64,000 nt of DNA. Source: Emiliania huxleyi CCMP1516. Taxonomy: Eukaryota. Under the pieces are notes generated by a model. It did not search any database. It was not told the origin of the DNA and saw only the letters and a list, made by a program, of their open reading frames with translations. The stretch lies in assembly GCF_000372725.1 (NCBI RefSeq), contig NW_005201984.1, forward strand, positions 186,001 to 250,000, in the 5' to 3' direction. Below, one piece after another: positions 60,163-64,000 of this stretch; the stretch's first letter is position 1; every line of letters begins with the position of its first letter. The translations under genes were made by a program, and so were the position numbers.

Positions 60163-61074
60163 TCATAGCTCCTTTGCACGTTCCCTCTCCTCGTCGTCAA
60201 TGATGACCCCGTCGAGCGTCTACGCATGCACGCGTACGCCGGTCAGAGGGAGCGGGTGGGCGGCCGGTCTTGCGCGCGGCCGCAGGCTGGGCGCCGCACC
60301 TTGAGTCCAGGCAGTCGCTTCACGACCTGGATGCGCCAGTCGCCCGCCTCAGCGCAAGCGTCGCAGAGCGGGTTGCCCTTGAGCAGCAGGTCGCGCATGT
60401 TCGAGCAGGCGGCGAGGCGCTCCACCTCGGCCCAGGAGCTGATCTTGTTGTTGGACATGAAGAGCACCTCGAGGTGCGACAGCTTCTCCACCCCCGCGAG
60501 GGACCCGATCTGGTTGTACGAGATCCATAGCTGTAGAGGGCGGCAGGGAATGGTGAGAAGCTCACGCCACACGCTCCTAGCGTCGGGCTGTCCCCGTCCT
60601 GGTTCAAGCAAGAGCCAACGCGTAGTGCCAGCAGGCCAGTGTGAAGGCAGGAGACAGGCAGAGTAAAGGTGGAGAGAAAGAGCGATGGGCGAGGGGAGCA
60701 AAGGCGCGGCTACGGCCCACTGTGGGGCGCAGCTGGGCTAACCGCCGGTGCATATGGCTTCTGGTTCATGCCTCGGCTCATGCCTGCTTGAGCGTGTCAG
60801 CAACAGGGTCGAGACCGTTGATCGACTTGAGCGAGTTGCGGCCGAGTGAGAGGATCTCGAGGTTGTCGAGCCCGTTCAGATTCGCGATCTTGTCGATCGC
60901 GTTCGTCGAGAGCCTCAGGTGCTTGCACGATTTGAGCGTGCCAAGCGCTCCGTCCATCTTTGTGATGAGCGGCAGCTGCAGCGCGATCGGACAGAGGCGG
61001 ACGTCCTCCGCCTCAGCGGCAACGACGCTTTGCGCAGTCTCCCACGCCTTGATGGCATCCTTGCACGACGTCAT
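60163..61074 (-). CDS. DNAL1: Outer-arm dynein light chain 1 (LC1), LRR protein, 3 exons
   Basis: MTSCKDAIKAWE...ITKMDGALGTLKSCKHLRLSTNAIDKIANLNGLDNLEILSLGRN...DTLKQ/LWISYNQI...KRLPGLK/TLDG. Confidence 0.93.
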
Positions 61075-61485
61075 CGGCCAGCGCGGCTCCGGGTGCCGCG
61101 ACGCGGCGCCCCCTCCCCCGAAGAGAGCGGTTGGCGGCGAAACGACGCGAACGAAACGGCGCTAAAAAACACTTCTTATTTTCTTTGAGCTAGCCTTCGA
61201 TGTTATGAAAACAAACGCAAGGCGGACTACGTGCCTCCCCGTCTTTGTAGCCTGGCGTTTGTGCCCCGTTTGTGCCGCGTCCCGTGCCCCCGAGTTCATT
61301 TTATAATAAAGGACATGCATATCGCTCTCGGGCCCACAGACATCCGCACACCCGCCCCCCCCCCGCGCGCCCCACTCCGGCCGGGATTTGTTTTCTGCTC
61401 TCAAAGGTAGCATAAAAGAAATCGCCAGCGCGGCCGTTGCTCCAGCCCGTCCTCCCGTGGCTGTGCGAACATCGTCCTCCCACCT

Positions 61486-63035
61486 GTGGAGGATTTTGAG
61501 CCCGCCGACATCCTCGAGGCGCGCCGTCTTTGGCTGCAGCTCGATTGTATGCTCACGTGGTCGCAGCAGCTCGGCGGCCGGCCGGCGGAGCTGGAGAAGC
61601 TCCCGTCAGACCACTACCTGCCGGAGCGCTACCCGCAGATCTGGAAGCGTGCGTGCGACGCAGCCATCTCACAGGCTGTGTTGATCAATCTCACGGCGCG
61701 GCAGCGGGAGCTGCCTTCGTGCTCCTCCGCCAAGAGACGAGCTGGTCTGGGAAGGATGACGGTTGGGCAGCACATACACGGTCTCTCTGGCGCCGCCTTT
61801 AGCTCCAGGGCGGTGTGCGCTCTGGAGGCGCCTCGCGGCCGCCCTGGCCGGGTGTGGCAGTGGCTGCGAGGCGCCCCTTGCGCCGCTGACGGCTGGCTCT
61901 GCCTCTTCCGCCCGTTTGACGAGCCTCCAGCGCCAAGCGCGCCGGCCGACCACTGCTCGAATCGATGGGCCGGGGCGTCATGGCCGCCGCTGCCGCCGCT
62001 GCCGCCGCCGGCCGACATGTGGTCTCGCAAGGCGTCCCAAACCAGCGCTTCCCCGCGCTGGGACCGCTTCCTCTGGCTCGCCGCCTACACGCAGCTCATC
62101 TCGCGCCCGTCAGAGGCGACGCTCGCTTGGGCGGCGGAGCGGCGGCGGGAGCTGCGGCCGCATCTCGCGGGCCCGTGCGCGCGCTTCCCGGCCGTGTCGT
62201 TGCAGGCGCGGCGCGGAGACAAGTGCAACAGCGCGAACGCGCGGATGCGGCCGCAGCACTCCTTCTCGTGCGGAGGCCTCGCGGCGTACTTGCCCGCGCT
62301 GCGGGCCATCCGGCACGCCTACGGCTCGCGCGCCGTAGATGGCATTTCCGTCACACACACCTCCCCGCCCTCACTCTGCGCTCTGTGCCGCCAGGCTCCT
62401 GCGCGCTGCGCGTCGCCACGGATGGCCGGTCGCTCATCGAGGAGCTCGAGAGCGGCGCGCCGAGATCTAGCCGAGATCTAGCCGAGATCTAGCCGGGATG
62501 TAGCCGAGATCTAGCCGAGATCTAGCCGAGATCTAGCCGGGATGTAGCCGAGAACTAGCCGGGGCGGCGCGGGCTCGAGAGTGATGCGCGCCGCCCGAGA
62601 GCGAGAGCGCGAGGCGCCGCTGCGCCGCGTGGGGGCCTGTGAGGCCGCCCTCTTCCCACGCGGGACACGCTGTGAGCAGGGGCGCTGCCTGAGCTGGAGG
62701 GGTGGCACGTGCTCTACCACGCCTTCAACCGCACCGCGCACGAGGCGCAGCGCTGCGAGCCGATGCCCGTCTGCCAGTGGATCGAGTACCGCCGCGAGAA
62801 GCTCGGCATCGACACGGCGGGCATGGGCTTCTCCCTCGCCGCCGACCTGCACCTGCTGGCGGGCGGCGGCGTCTTCGTCGGCCAGTTCGACTCAGAGACG
62901 GGGCGGATCGCCTACCTGCGCATGGCCGCGCGCCTCGGCCTCGCCCCTCCCTTCTGGCACTACCAGTCGACAAAGGAGCGCGCCCGCGCCTGGCACCCGT
63001 TTACGCGGCGGCCGCGCATGTGGGCGGAGGTCTAG
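61486..63035 (+). CDS. GT23 / alpha-1,6-fucosyltransferase (FUT8/NodZ)-like protein; start uncertain
   Basis: Three fucosyltransferase motifs: VSLQARRGDK (cf. HVRRTDK), LRVATDG, and ADLHLLAGGGVFVGQFDSETGRIAY. Confidence 0.7.
62460..62562. repeat. (CCGAGATCTAG)~9 11-bp intronic minisatellite
   Basis: Directly visible. Confidence 0.92.
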
Positions 63036-63416
63036 CGAGACCTCTCAGAGTCTCAGGATACTGCAAAGGGGGTGCATACGGGGGGTATTAGTAGAGCCGT
63101 ACGATGGGAACGCGTGCATATCCTGACGAGTACATTACTACAGTAGAGTGTCGTGTGCCGTATGTGTGAGAGGGGGAGCGCACAGTGGAAAGTCAAAGCT
63201 CTCGGTGTTTTGTTTAGGGCGGGCGCACCGCCGCGGGGGAGAAAGGAGGCGGTGTGGCGTGTGCGCCGGGGGCCGACACCGCGGTGGACACGGACCGAGA
63301 GACAGTGCGAAAAAAAACGCGCTCATGCGAGACCGAGAGACACACCCCCTATGGCCCCCGCGTGCGGTAGCGCGGGGAACTTACAATACACAAATAGATG
63401 GGCAATGCCTTGTGCT

Positions 63417-64000
63417 TCAGCCCGCCTGCTTGCGCTTGCGGCTGCCGGCTCCGCCTCCGCCGGCTCCTCCCCCCTTGGACGCCGCCTGCTTTGACGCCTG
63501 CTCGGCTAGCCGCGCCTTGCGCTGCTCGGCCAGCCGCGCCTCTCGCCGCTCCCCCACCTTGCTGATGTGCTCCGCGTGCTTCTCGCCGTACTCCTCGAGG
63601 AGGGCGCACAGTGTCGAGAGGCTGTCGCTGCCCGTCGCGCCGCCCTGCCGCTGCCTCCACTGCTCGAGGCTCTGGCGCCCATTCCACAGCGTGTAGGCGA
63701 CGGTCGTCGCGTTGCCAGCCTTTTGCAGCATCTGCGTGAAACCCGCCCACGCGTCGTCCGGCACGCCGGCCGGCCGCGCGGCAGCGACCTCGTGCGCCAG
63801 CCGGCGCACCTCCTCCTCCACCTCGACCGCCCGCTGCGTCAGCACCTTTTGGTACTCCGGGTCCGTCCGCCTGCGGCCCGCCTACGCGGAAGACTCGGGA
63901 GACGCTGTAGGGGAAGGCTCCAGCTCCTCTCCGGGTGGTCCGCCGCGCCTCGGCGTCGACGGCCCCCTGCAGCCGCTGCAGCGCGGCCGTCGCCTTCTCG
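63417..64000 (-). CDS. Hypothetical protein, 3' part (runs off the window)
   Basis: Coding-like last exon with a coiled-coil/basic tail (…ERREARLAEQRKARLAEQ…RKRKQAG*). Confidence 0.55.

Overview
GC-rich, intron-containing eukaryotic nuclear DNA with five N-gaps. The style (mostly GC-AG introns, 10-11 bp intronic minisatellites, very high GC) points to a haptophyte such as Emiliania/Gephyrocapsa huxleyi; this is an inference, no search was run. Spliced genes, with boundaries read by eye: two OPR/RAP-domain proteins, a B-type cyclin, a diacylglycerol kinase-like protein, a phospholipase/carboxylesterase, OLA1/YchF, a GCTD-NY-DDGSC repeat protein, a PWWP-Tudor-MBD-like-Myb-SAM chromatin protein, an ABC1/UbiB kinase, DNAL1 and a GT23/FUT8-like fucosyltransferase. 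There is one complete minus-strand 18S-5.8S-28S rDNA unit with ~360-bp spacer subrepeats, and three tandem copies of a giant intronless extensin-like surface-protein gene. The most notable observations are: (1) a dockerin-like Ca-loop pair followed by two cohesin-like repeats inside the 2352-aa membrane-anchored protein; (2) a 2.1-kb A-B-A'-B' nested inverted repeat with a flipped hairpin loop; (3) an 878-bp TIR element with an 8-bp TSD; (4) duplicated splice junctions bracketing micro/minisatellites; (5) an identical 11-nt 3' splice-site motif, GCTGTGAGCAG, in four unrelated genes.
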